From positions 39,370,001 to 39,434,000 of the forward strand of contig NC_042998.1 in NCBI RefSeq assembly GCF_006345805.1: 64,000 nt of DNA. Reading direction: 5' to 3'. Below the pieces are notes generated by a model. It had not been told where the DNA came from, ran no database searches, and saw only the letters and a program-made list of their open reading frames with translations. This DNA comes from Octopus sinensis. Lineage: Eukaryota. Positions 28,101-42,700 of this stretch are shown here, piece by piece (positions within the stretch are counted from its first letter, which is position 1; every line of letters starts with the position of its first letter). The translations under genes were made by a program, and so were the position numbers.

Positions 28101-29315
28101 AAAACGACGAAAGGCCAAGCTCTTTCAAGCTCAGAATACCGAATGGAGAGGCACAAGAAATCCAAGAAAGTGGACTGCTATTAGTCAAGGCGGGTCACAT
28201 GCTGTTTTCATCGTAAAATCAACGATTCAACAATAACAGTTCCACTAGATAAAAGAATTTCTTGGACCGCGTGGCTGGCAGGAAACCGATGGCGACCAAG
28301 TGTCTGCAGAGGGGGGGGGGCAGCAGAAGCAAGGCCGGTGATTGTGTGTGTGTGTATGAAATGCATGAATACGTGGACGTGGGTGTGTTACTAGTGGTAT
28401 GCATGTGTGTGTGTATGTATGTGCGCGTGGGTACACAGAAGTTTGCATGAGTGTTCATATGCGCACACCACGTTTTTGGAGGCAAAAGTAGGTGTTGTAG
28501 GGGAGGTATAAGGTTGTGGAGTCAGTCTGTGGTCTGCATAGGCATTGGTGGTTGGGTACCCAGTCCTTGGCTATGGAGCAGTTAGAGTTGGGGAGCGGCC
28601 AAAGTTAAGGTGGTATATCTGGGTCGTCGACAGCCAGTAGTTCACGAGGAGGGCGTACCTCTGTTGCCAGCAATAGGATGGTTCATATTTCCTGTTGATG
28701 GAGGATGATCAGTCTTTCACGGTGGCAGAGTTGGCAATTGTGAGCACTGGGTGCAGGCATGCAAGCACGCATACACCCATCATAGTTTATACACAAATGC
28801 AACAGAGTACACACCTACACCCACATGCAGATAGGCTCATACACACATGTACACGCACACACTCACCCATGTATGCTCATCCATATATGCACGTGCACCA
28901 AAGAAAGCCTACGAAGTCGCATGAAACTAAATCAAACCGTTTTAAGCAATAATACATGTGACTCCTACTAAATGTGTTGAGTGCCTTTTTCTTTTGTATT
29001 TTTCCACTCATTCATATAGATATACACACACATGTGCTGTTGGCGATTTCTTTTCCTTCTTTGGACTTTTCCCTTTTTCCTTTCCGAGAAATAGCTATGC
29101 TCGAAGTGTGAAAAACTCTCTTTTTGTTGAGTGTCAAACTACTACATTCCTTGTGCACATTATCTTGCTGTTTCTTATTGTTAATTTTATTGTTCATTTA
29201 TTTGAATTGACAATATATATATATATATAATCGTGATTAATTGTGACTACAGGTGCTAAATAGTACCTATATTGCAAAAAATAAGAGTTAAAACCCTTAA
29301 TGCTGTATGAAACGC

Positions 29316-29346
<31 letters not shown>

Positions 29347-30898
29347 CTGCAGTGACTACTCCATCACTCGGATGTGTGTGTATGTGAATAGATGCACTTG
29401 TTCCATGGGATGGGTGTACCATTTCCACTACGACATCTCCCCCTTTAATTTTTTTCATTTTGGGGAGTAAGTAATTTTATTTTACCTTATTCACCCCTAC
29501 CTCCCTTTTTTTAGCTTTTTCTTTTTTTTTTCATTTGTACAACTTAATATTTTTTCCTTTTTGGCGTTTATTTTTAGGAACTCTGTGTTCTTCCTTTTTC
29601 TTCCATTGTACGTATAGGTTTAACTATCTGTAACGGTTTTGGTACAGTGTACCTCTTCTATACCGGAATGGTAATACACCACTTTGTCTATCGTGTAATC
29701 GCTGATAGCAAGAGACTGGATTTGAACCGTCTCACCAATGTGCTATGGGTGCAAAAATATGTCGAAACAATTGTAGTGTTTTTAAATGAAGAATGTTGTT
29801 CATTCCATTTTCTATCAATTATGTATGTGTGTGTGTCTGTGTGTGTATGCATGTGTGTGTGTGTGAGCATGCGCGTGTGTGCGTGTGTGTGTATTCTGTA
29901 AGTAAAATTATATATACAGATTTTAAAATTATTTTTTCTTAAAGGACTGTAGATTACATACTATTGATGACATACGATTTCCATGGTTCATGGGAGAAAC
30001 TGACAGGACACCTCTCCCCATTGTATTCAAAGAAAGGAGAGGCCAATGGAAGACAATATCTCAATGTGGTGAGTTATAAGCAGAAAACTTTTCAAGTTCT
30101 TATTCAATTAATGGAAGCAGTTTATTTTGAAAAATGCTTTATTTTAACTTTCTCTGGATTAAGGTAATGCTATAAACTCGATGTCCACATCTCTTCACCA
30201 GTGCGAAACAGTTCTCTGATTAAAACATTTGTTCCATTCATATATTTGTGTATTTTATATTGCAGTTTGTGAACAATAATGTAGTTGTTTCGAAACTTCT
30301 AATTGACCGATTGCTGGTTCACTTCATTTCTGATCATGAGGTGACAAAGAAACATTTGTAACTTAGAAAAGAATTTCATTTGAAGAGCAGCAGTTTTCCC
30401 GATAAACAGTAATACATGTCGATGAAAGATACCCACACTCATACTTGTGTGTGTGTGTGTGTGTCTGCATGTATGTGTGTGTGCATGTATGTGTGCGCAT
30501 GCATGTGTGTGTGTGTCTTCTATATATATATTGTTTGTAAAAAAACATAAATCCGAAAGAAGCACACTCTAAGATGTAAAGCAGTATATATTAAAATTGG
30601 GGAAGGACGGTTTATGGGATTACCTTATGTTTCCTGTCTACCTTTATGGCGTATCGCCAGATCCCAAAAACCTCTTGGCCCATGACCTCTTAAAAATATC
30701 TCTTTTTAGTGGAGTAGCCAAAGTCAAATCATTCTATATTTATGACAGACCACTGGTTTCTGTAAATATGTACAAATGCGGCCATATTTTTAAGAGGCCA
30801 TGTGCCAACAGGTTTTTTGGGGAATGATGATGCACCATAAAGCTAAGCCCTTTATGGACGAGAAACCTAAGGTAATCCCATGAACTGGCCTTCCCCAA

Positions 30899-30960
<62 letters not shown>

Positions 30961-33900
30961 CTGTGTGTGACAATTATTTGGTAGCCATGATAAAACTCCG
31001 AGTTTCGGATGTCAGGGTGGAAATCCATGCCACCATCTCTGCATTTTTTCCGATGGCTGGATAACTGAAGAGATGGCGGCATGGACTTCCATCCCGACAT
31101 CCGAAACTCGGAGTTTTATCATGGCTACCGAATAATTGTCACATATTACATTTACAGATAAATTCCGCTATTTACATAATATCGAGGTCTCTTTCATTCT
31201 TTTGTTGTCTTACCATTTCTATCAATATATATATATGATATATAAGTTCTGTAAAAATTTAGATTCAGTTGAATATGGTACTTAAGTTAAAGGTACCAGA
31301 ATTTGGTATGGTATTATCCATATAATTCAAAATGGGGTGATTATAATCAAAATAAGCAACAAGGATATCCAAAGGTAATACAGTATGATCATTTCATGCG
31401 ACTTCATTTAATTAAACAATGCAAGTATTACATCAGTTTTAAAATGTAGAACAATCTTCAGCTGCATATGGAATTTTTAGTTAGATTGAAAAGATTCATT
31501 TTTATACTTATTCCATTTACCAACATCACAAAGAGAGTAAGTAGATAGACAGAGAGACCAGTCTCATCAACAGAAACATGGTAGTAAATGATATTTATTC
31601 ACGGATACACTACTTATCACTGAATTTACATTTGTTATTTAGATTTACTATTGGGGGAGGGGGTTTAGGACTAGTATATCAGGTCTAGTGGAGACAACAC
31701 CAAGAATCTATCTATTATAGATAGAGGAAGAGACAGTTTAGGTAGCAGAGCCATAAATCAAGCTCTCTTTAACCCTTTCATTACTGTATTTATTTTGAGA
31801 TGTTCTGTGTTTCTTTCAATTAATTTTAAATATAACAAAGAATTTTGTAAAATAACTTAGTTATCATTAAGCTAGTGATAGGAACAGTAATTGTGAATAA
31901 GGTTTGGTGGAAGATTTTAATTCAAAACTTATGAAAACTTATATTACAGAGCCAGAGCCAGGTTAGTAACGAAAGGGTTAAAGAATTTCTTCTGGTACAG
32001 TTGAATGTATTTCAGGTAAAATTAGTAGGCCAAAGCTGATGGGGTAGGGAGAATAGAAAACTTCCAATACTTAACTATTTAACATCCATAATCCTACTTG
32101 TGATTTGAAATAAATAGGTATCTTTTAGATAGTTTTTCCCAAAGGATTCTAATAATTTTAGTGCCTTATACAATATAGGGATGGAGAATATAGAAATAAT
32201 TTCATATTTATATAAATATAAATCAAATTAATATAAATTTATAGTTAATTAGTAAATAGTAATTTATTGGTATTAATGAGTTAAATTAAAGGAATATGCT
32301 AGACATTTCATTTATTTTCGGCATGTTAATGCAGCAAGGTCATGACTTCAGCAAGTTCATGGAACGAATAGTCAGAAGGAAACTAATCACCTTCCTTGAA
32401 GAAAATGACATGCTGCCTGACACGCAACATGGTTTCCGACCAGGAAGAAGCTGCTTAACTCAGCTCCTACAACACTATGACTGGGTGCTGAAACGACTGC
32501 TCAACCACTCAAATGTGGAAGTGATATATCTCGACTTTGCAAAGGCTTTTGATAAAGTCGATCATGGATGATATGTCACAAACTGCGTGATCAGTATTGA
32601 AATATGCAGACGACATCAAGCTGTACCTTGAAATCAAGAGGACAGATCCTGATGTCTACAACTCTTTCCTGCAATCAGACCTAGACACAATGCAGCAATG
32701 GATCACAGACTGGCAACTGAAACTGGCTGTGGACAAGTGTACCACCATGCATTTTGGGAGAAAAAACCCTGCGTTCACATACTCCCTCCACAACACTGAT
32801 ATCAAGAAATCCTCTTGCGAGCGTGACCTAGGCATCACTGTCAGCAGTGATTTGCGTTGGTCAAAGCATATCTCTAAGATTGTCAGGAAGGCCGAGGGTG
32901 TCTTGGCATCACTCAGCAGGTCTTTTGTTAGCCGCTCTCCAGCCATCTATTTAAAACTGTATACAGCTATGGTACGACCACACTTGGAATTCGCATCATC
33001 AGTTTGGAACCCCTATCTTGCACAGAACATTGACCTCCTGGAATCTGTCCAGAGACGTGCAACCAAACGCATACCCTCCATCAGACACCTACCATATTCT
33101 GAGCGCCTTGTTTCCCTGGGCATGGATTCACTGAAGCTCCGGCATTTGGCGACGGACTTGGTAAACACCCACAAAGTTATCAACCACCTCACCAACAACA
33201 ACACTGAACACCTTTTTGATCTCCATGTGTCTAACACACGTGGACATGCCTACAAAGTCAGAAAACAATACAGCTCCCATGACTTTCGGAAACATTTTTT
33301 CACGCTCAGAGTTGCTGAAGCATGGAATAAACTGCCTGCGTCAGTTGTTGACTGCCATGACACTGCATCTTTTAAGGCCCTCATGCTTTCCGAAATCCGC
33401 CGAAACTACACCTGATTATATATACACTTTAGATGAGTTGTAGTGCACCTGAGCACTGTACACAATTATTATTATTATTATTATTATTATTATCTTGGCA
33501 TAGTTGGAAAATTGGGAGAATGGCTTCATGACTTCTGAAGGATAGAAGTCAGGTGGTAGTAGCCAATGGGGCCACTTCCATTAACACGCAAATAGTGAGC
33601 GGTGTTCCACAGGGCACTGTTTTGGGACCACTACTTTTCATAATGGCCCTCTCAGACATGCCCTCAGCCATGCAGAGAGCCACGATCACAAGTTATGCAG
33701 ATGATACAAAAGTTTCACAGGCAATACAGAACCCTGAAGACATTAAGCACCTGCAATGTGAGCTGGACAAAATATACAAGTGGGCTGAAAAGAATAGCAT
33801 GCAGTTCAATGCTGAAAAGTTTCAAGCTTTATGCTATCAGCATGCAAAACTAAATGCAATACCCAATGAATACACTGGACCTGGAGGGATTGCAATCCCA

Positions 33901-36900
33901 GAGGCACAATCAGTGTGTGACCTGGGTATTTACATGAGTGATGACGCAACCTTTCATGTACATGTTGCTAAATTGGCAATGAAATGTAGGCAGCTGGCCG
34001 GTTGGATTCTTAGAACCTTTAGAACAAGAGACCAGGAAACCATGATGGTCCTCTGGAGGACACTTGTCCTAAGCCACTTTGACTATTGCTCTCAGCTATG
34101 GTCACCATCCAATGTCAAGTTGATCACAGAACATGAGGCGATCCAACGAAGCTACACGAAGAAGATAGCCTCTGTGCAGCATATAAGCTACTGGGAAAGA
34201 CTCAAGAGATTAAGACTCTATTCCTTAGAGCGTAGGTGAGAAAGATATGCCATAATATACATCTGGAAGATCCTAGAAGGACTTGTCCCAAACTTTGGCA
34301 TTGAGAGTTACGCAAATGCCAGAACTGGGCGCCACTGCGTGGTGCCAAGGACTCCAAATTTGCCATCAAGATGTAGGACAAGATACTGTGATAGCCTGGG
34401 CTTCAGAGTCCCACAGTTCTTCAATATCCTCCCGAAGAACCTGAGGGACCTGCATGGGGTGGATGCAGATGTCTTTAAAATAGGACTGGATCTCTTCCTG
34501 TCAGGTGTCCCAGATGAACCAACTTCATGGCAGGAGGTGCAGATGAGGGCAGCTGCATCGAACTCTCTCATGCACTAAATGGCAGTTGCTAAAAAGCATT
34601 CGTGAAGTAAAATCATGTAGCAACACCAAATGGCGGTGCCCCAGCATGGCCACAGCTCGTGAGCTGAAACTAGATAAAATAAATAAATAAAATAATGACT
34701 TTAGAATGTATTTACTTGTGCTATAAAATAGAGAGTGAATTATAGCAGTATGGTTCTGTATAGGTTAAGTGTGAATCTAATAGAAATGTATTATGAGCAA
34801 GATGATATAGTGGGTAAATGAGTAAGAAAAAATGGTTTCAAATTTTAGTGAAGGAAATTTAAATCAGCAAATTGTAAAATAAAATTATTTTAGAATATAG
34901 TAGATAAGGGGTAGACTAGATTTGCATTCTAAAAACTTATTATAGGATGTACCTAGCTTATTTTATAATAGGCTAGGTAAGCTGCTATAAGAAAATACTT
35001 AATAATTGCATTATAATTTTATAATTACTAGACTAAATTTAATATTCATTTATCATGGGAGTTGTCGTGTAAGATTAGTGTTTAATATCGGGTGAAGAAA
35101 TTATCAAACTATTGGTTAAAAATTTTATTACTAATAAGACCATTATAAAAATATTATTATCTATTCATTATCAGGTTTTGAATATTAATTAAGCGGATTT
35201 AGAAGAACTTTTTATGAGAATATTACTAGCAAATAAGGTATTAATTAGCACACATATCAAAAAAAAAAACCTTTAAAATATTTTAAAATATAATGGAAGG
35301 GAGGTAACCAAGATGAAAGTTCTTAGAATTAGGAATATTTAAATTTAGTATTCAAGAATGAAGTATGGTTTATATGGGGCATAATAATTTAGGCCAGTTA
35401 GGGGTAATAGTTAAAAAAAGAAGGGAGAGGGGGGGAATTCAGTGTAGTAGAATTCTTGCAGAAATAGATATTCCTTAAAACTTATTGTAGATTAAGTATA
35501 CAACTTAATAACTTTATTAGATATATGGAATTTATGTAATAGTTATAGAAATTTTAAAAGATTTTATTCTCCTTCAATTTAACTAAAAATTCCATATGCA
35601 GCTGAAGATTGCTCTACATTTTAAAACTGATGTAATACTTGCATTGTTTAATTAAGTGAAGTCGCATGAAACGATCGTACTGCATTACCTCTGGATATCC
35701 TTGTTGCTTATTTTGATTATATATATATATGTATATATATTATTGAGTTAGAAAACAGAGAGATCTAGTGGATGTCAGATGTCATGGAGAACAGACGTGT
35801 GGTAATGATCTCCGAGAGGGAATAGTTTTTTTAGCCAGAGATTGAGGCACTATTCCCATGTAGGTACGACTAACGAGTTTTGTTGATCCTTTTCAAATGA
35901 AGCTAGATTCTGTGTTTTGATTTCTTCTTGAGGTAAGAGCTCCTTTATTTTTGCCTTTTCTTCAACAGCTTTTTTCATATATTCCTTCTTAATTTAGGAT
36001 TATGCTGTTACTTATTGGAAGTCAAAGGGTGCTCCTGCAAACAAACTTATTATGGGAATACCATTCTACGGACGATCATTTACATTAGTCGATGGCCAGC
36101 TTAATGGTATGATGGCACCAGCAGCAAGAGCAGGAAATCCGGGATCCATAATACATTCATCTGGCGTTATGTCTTATCAGGAAGTATGTTCTGTTTGATT
36201 TGTATCTGGCTGAGTAAAAAGTAAGCAACGTTTTGAAACATGAAATTCATCACAATATATTTCAACAATGCGGAAATTTTATTCATCAAAGTAAGCACCA
36301 TTACAATCGACACATTTTTGCCAACAAGTTTGTTTATTCTGGTAACATAAAAATCTGGAGTTCTGGAGTTGATGAACTCTTTGAATGCACTTTCAGCATC
36401 GGTTTGATTTTTGAACTCCTTCTCTCGTAGGAAACCATCGAGGTGCTGGAAAAAGTGGTAGTCAGTAGGAGAAAGGTCTGGGGAATAAGCTGGGTGGGGA
36501 AGAACTCCGTAGCCAAGTCCCTTCAACTTCTAAAGCGTCATTAGTGAAACATGTGGTCGAGCATTGTTATGAAAAATGATTGGCCCTCTTCTGTTGACCA
36601 GTCTGGGATGGAGGAATAGCAATTTGTCATTCATTTTGGCAATTTCATGACAATATATTTCTGCAGTAATCGTTTTTCTGAGTTTTAAGAAGTTGTAGTG
36701 GGTGAGCCCGCAGTACACCACCAAACAGTTACCATAACCTTTTTGAAGAGCTTGGGTTTAGGGAAGGTTTTTCGATGCTTCATTTTAGTCCAACCACTGC
36801 GAAGAACGTTTTTTATGATTGTACAGAATCCACTTTTCATCGCAAGTTACAATATGGACCAGAAATGGATTGGTCTGGTCACGGAGAAGAAGCAACAAGC

Positions 36901-39690
36901 AAACTTCATATCTGCGCATTTTCTGATTTTCATTCAGATTGTGTGATAGCCATTTGTCGAGCTTTTCTAATTTTCCGATCACATGCAAATTGTTGCAGGC
37001 AGTTTCCAGGCTAACTTGAAGTTCTTTTGCCAGTTCTTGAGTGGTTTTTTCACAGATCTTTCTCAATCTCATCGATGACAAATGGCCATCCACTATGCTC
37101 CCAATCTCCAAGGCTCAGGTCTCCATCGCAAAATCATTTAAACCATTTTTGAGCTGACCACTTACTGGTCATTTCCTCACCAAACATTCTGTTGATATCG
37201 CGAGCAGTTTCAGCTGCTTTACATCCCTTTTTGAAGTTGAATAACAAAATTGCTTGAATATCACGCTTTGACAGTTTCATTTCTGATGATCGTAACAACA
37301 AAAAATATCAATGTTAATTTATTGATGCATTTGAGCAAGACTATGTCTGTATCATCAGACAATTGCAAAAAAATGTTTAAAAATATTCAAAACTCTGCAA
37401 AAATCCGTTACAAATTCTTCATGGTTCAAAACGTTGCTTACTTTTTGCTCAATCTGTTATATTTCGGTAAATACAGTTAGTTAAATGACAAATATACAGG
37501 AAACTGACTTCACGAATTGGTTTTGGTTCCTGGTCAACGCTATTTTAATCAACTTGTGCCACTAATACTTTGTAATGTCAAAATATTCCATCTTCCACTC
37601 GAAAGAGAACAATATTTACCAAAATTTGAGTGATTCGTCAAGTAAGAGTTATTCTCTTCATAGGTTTAATTTCAAAACTTACATATATAATCACATAATC
37701 TCCAGCTTCTATATCCAGATTACAAGCTCATATTTATATATTCAATAATAATCGGTGCACTTGGTTAGGTGAGCAAATACCTCAGTGACGATCTGAATAA
37801 GCGAGGGATTTCAGAAAAAGAAATCAACCGACTGACTCCTACATTACAAATACAATCCGTAATTGGAACAGATACAACAATATGCAAAACTTTTCTCAGG
37901 TGTAAAATGTGACCCCTTTTCGTCATCCTACATTCCAACAATGGAGCTTTGTATCTTTGTTAGAATCCAACTGCTTTTTCAGAGGAAGAATTTGAATAAT
38001 TAAAAACAGAAGAGAACACACACACACACACACACACATACATACATACATAGGTATGTATGTACATGTGTGTGTGAGAGGGGGATCGCCATCACTCGAT
38101 GAATAGGATTCAGTTGTTTAATCAACTGAATAACCTGCATTTCAATTTACACATAAGTGGCTGAGTATTCCACAGACACGTATCTTCTTAATATAATTGT
38201 TATAAAGGTCTCGAATTCAATCCCACAATGCAGTGTCATGGGCCAATGTCATTTCCTAGAGCCATATGATAGCAAACCATACTTGTCAGTGAAATTGGGT
38301 TGACGGAAACTGTATGGAAGCTGGGCATGTGGATTGTAATCCAAAAGTTACAGCTTTGCCAAACAGCAACACAGATGGATTTGTTTACAGTAATCAAATG
38401 TTTGTGTAGACATAGGCTCACTCCCTCCATCAGATCGACATTACCTGTACAGGTGCAACGGGTGCCACATGTCAGATGTTGGAATGATCGCAGAGCAACG
38501 TGAAATTAAATGCTTTGGTGAAGAACACAATACACCACCCAGTCTGGGAATCGAACCCACAATCTCACAATCGTGAGTGGAGCACCCTAACCACTAAGCG
38601 ATGCACCTTCACTATATATATGTACATACACACACACACGTATATATATATAGACACAGGCATGGCTGTGTGGTAAGAAGCTTGCTTCCCAACAACATGG
38701 CTCCGGGTTCAGTGCCATTGCGTGGCCAAGTGTCTTCTACTATAGCCTTGGGCTGACCAAAGTCTTGTGAGTGGATTTGGTAGACGGAAACTGAAAGAAT
38801 CCCATTGTATATATATATATATATATATAATCAAAATAAGCAACAAGGATATCCAGAGGTAATGCAGTACGATCGTTTCATGCAACTCCATTTAATTAAA
38901 CAATGCAAGTATTACCTCTGTTTTAAAGTGTAGAGCAATCTTCAGCTGCATAAAAATATAGAATTTAGTTAAATTTAAAAGATCCAATTTTATAGTTATT
39001 CCATTAACCAACATCACAAAGAAGGTAAGTAGGTAGACAGAGAAACAAGTTTCATCAACTTGCATTGTTTAATTAAATAGAGTTGCATGAAACGATCGTA
39101 CTGCATTACCTCTGGATATCCTTGTTGCTTATTTTGATTATAATCCCATTTTGCATTATATGGATAATACCATACTAAATCCTGGTGCCTTTAACTTAAG
39201 TACCATATTCAACTGAATCTAAATTTTTACTGAACTATATATATATATATATGTGTGTGTTGTGCATTGGTGTTTGTCACCCCACCATTGCTTGAAAACC
39301 AATAACCAATGTTGGTGTGTTTACATCACTGTAACCTAGCAGTTCGGCAAAGAAGACCGATATAATAAATACTAGGCTTACAAAGAATAAGTTCTGGAGT
39401 CGATTTGTTCGACTAAAGGATGTGCTCCAGCATGACTGCAGTCAAATGACTGAAACAAATAAAAGAGTACACACACACATACAAATGTATGCACGCACGC
39501 GCATACAGACACATACACACATACATATGTATACTAAAGAATAAATATTTGAAAATATTTATATAGATATTTATTATTATCATTAATAAAATGAATAATA
39601 ATAACAATAATATAGGTAGCCAACAAACGACAGCTGATAAATGGCAAATCTATATATATATATATACATATACATACATACATATATATA

Positions 39691-39737
<47 letters not shown>

Positions 39738-42700
39738 TAACAAAAAAGGCAGTGCTTGAATTCGAACAACGCATAGCAACCAACCCTGACAGCAAAGTGT
39801 TCTGGAAGTATGTACACTCAAAGCAGAGACCTCACTCTCCAGTTGGTCCCCTTTGCAATTCCCACTCAGGGCAGATTACTGTCAATCCCAAAGAATGTGC
39901 AGAAATCATTGCTGGATGCTATGCTGGCATCTTTACTGTCAAAGACCAAAATGTTCCATCTTCATCACCTCTGACACCGGACTCTGTATCTACTATGAAA
40001 TTTACACCAGCAATACTACAACGCCACCTTAAGAATAAACGCAACTGTGCCTCTCCTGGTCTCAATGGTGTTACATACCTACTTCTCAAACGTGGTGGGT
40101 ACTTTCTTCTATGCCAACTTTCACTATTCTTCCAATTCTGTCTTGACAACGGTGTTACTCCAGAGCAGTGGAAAATTGCCAGTGTTACCCCTCTGTTCAA
40201 AAAGGTGACCGCACATTGCCTGTCAACTATCGCCTCGTTAGTCTTACTAGCTGCATCGCCAAACTGATGGAATCCTTTGTCAGGGAATCCCCCTGGAACT
40301 TCTGGAAGTCTCACAGTCTCATCCAGCCGTCACAATTTGGATTTATTCCTAACTCCAGCTGCTGTTTCTTGAGGACATTACCCAAATTACTGATCGTGGA
40401 TCCTGGGTGGATGTTGTTTACCTGGACTTTGCTAAAGCTTTTAACTTTGTGCCACACAAAAGACTTATGGTGAAACTCTCTGCAATGGGTGTAAGAGACG
40501 ATCTCTATAACTGGTTGAAGTCCTTTATTTTCAGCTGAAAAGAGGTTGTCACTGTTCTAGGACAGCACTCTTCACCCTATGAGATGACATCTGGTGTACC
40601 ACAGGGATCTGTTCTTGGCCCCCTTTTATTTGTTGCATATGTTAATGACATAGATGCTAACTTAAAGAATGACACAGTGCTGAAATATGCAGATGACATC
40701 AAGCTGTACCTCGAAATAAAGAGGTCAGATCCTGTACACTATAGATCTCTATTGCAATCAGACCTGAACACAATGCAGCAGTGGATCATGGACTGGCAAT
40801 TCAAGCTGGCTGTGGACAAATGTACCACCATGCATTTTGGGAGGAAAAACCCAGCGTCTACTTACTCCCTCCACAACACTCATCTCAAACAGTCTTCATG
40901 TGAACGTGACCTGGGTGTTATTGTCGACAGCGATTTGCGTTGGACAAAACACATCGCTAAAATTGCCAAGAAGGCTGAGGGTGTCTTGGCATCACTTACC
41001 AAGTCCTTTGTGAGCCGCTCTCTGGCTATCTATCTGCGGCTTTATATAGCTATGGTACAACCTCACCTGGAATTTGCATCACCGGTCTGGAACCCCTATC
41101 TTGTCCAGGATATTAATCGTCTGGAAGCTGTTCAGCGACTTGCAACCAAAAGAATACCCTCCATCAGGCATTTGCCATATTCTGAATGCCTTACTTCCCT
41201 GGGCATGGACACATTGAAATTCCGACATCTGGCTGCTGACTTGGCAGACACCCATAAAATTATTAACCATCTTACAAACAATAACTCTGAGCACCTTTTC
41301 AAACTTCACCCGTCTAACACCCGTGGACATATTTACAAAGTCAGAAAACAGCACAGCTCCCATGACTTTCGGAAACATTTTTTCACGCTAAGAGTTGCTG
41401 AAGCATGGAACAAACTGCCGGCATCAGTTGTTAGTTGTTGGAGCACTGCATCCTTCAAAACTTCCATGATTCCTGAGATTCGCCAACACTACACCTGATT
41501 TTCTCCCCTCCATACACACGCAAGCATGGATCTGACTCATACACTGTTCGCTTTCCAGACATTTGTACATTACTGCATACAATTTATACGCACTTTCTGA
41601 CAAGTTGTGGTGCACCTGAGCACTGTATACAATAATTTCATTATTATTATTATTACATATATATATATATATATATATAATTCATTCAATGCAGCAATTC
41701 GAAAATAGTATGTGCTGACTAGAAAGAGACATATCAATTTGGAACAGAAACGATGGAAATAGTTGTTGATTTGAAGAATTTATCTCTAAGTGGATTTTCT
41801 CCATCTCTCATTAAGATTCATTTTGATTTTTGTCAGTTCTAGTAATTTCTGTCTCTCCTAGAAACGTGAATTTCTTAGTGCCAAAGCTACATGTGTAAAT
41901 TTCTCTTTTATTTCGATGTTGTAGATATGCCTAGAAGAAAAATCATGGTCGAGACATTGGGATAATGACCATCAAGTCCCTTACCTTGTCCGAGGAAATC
42001 AATGGGTTGGATATGAAAACAGAGAGAGTGTGCGGCTGAAAGTAAGTATTGGGATTGTTAAAGCCATTTATTTGGGAACCCAGTTCCCAACTATTTATTT
42101 GGGAATTGGGTTGCAATTCACTCGGGATTCAGGTTAAAGATTTAACAATCCATGTCGTGTCAGTAATGTTGTTCCATATTCAAAGCCAATTAAACAGTTT
42201 CTGATCTTGTTCATTTATTTAAAGCTGAATGTATAATTAAATTGTAGTGGATTCTTTCCAAAGTATTCCAAGTCAACACAATCACCAGAAGTTAAATTTG
42301 TCTTCTACGCTTTTAATGGTGTCACATTGCAAAAAAAGACGACCAAAGTTTAAACAATTAAAGTAACAAAACATAAATAGGCACAGGCATGGCTGTGTAG
42401 TAAGAAGCTTGCTTCCCAACCACATGGTTCTGGGTTCAGTCCCACTGTGTGGCACCTTAGGCAAGTGTCTTCTACAATAATCTCAGGTTGGCCAAAGCCT
42501 TGTGAGTGGATTTGGTAGATGGAAACTGAAAGAAGCCTGTCATATATGTATGTGTGTGTGTGTGTGTTTGCCCCTCACCCCCATCACTTGACAAGTGATT
42601 CGGCAAAAGAGAACGATAGAATAAGTACTAGGCTTACAAAGAATAAGTCCTGGGGTCGATTTGTTCGGCTAAAGGTGGTGCTCCAGCAGGGCCACAGTCA

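Larger units (their letters stand above)
31338..35720. repeat. Long-range inverted repeat pair (about 150 bp: 31338-31490 and 35572-35720); same family at 38827-39237
   Basis: ataatcaaaataagcaacaaggatatcc..ggtaat.cagta.gatc.tttcatgcgacttca.ttaattaaacaatgcaagtattacatcagttttaaaatgtag..caatcttcagctgcatatggaatttttagtt appears forward at 31338 and reversed at 35572; outer ends lie near (TA)n. Confidence 0.85.

Noticed and set aside
34700-35560. AT-rich purine-skewed stretch suggestive of a NUMT
   Set aside because: No mitochondrial gene, tRNA or rRNA motif was recognisable.
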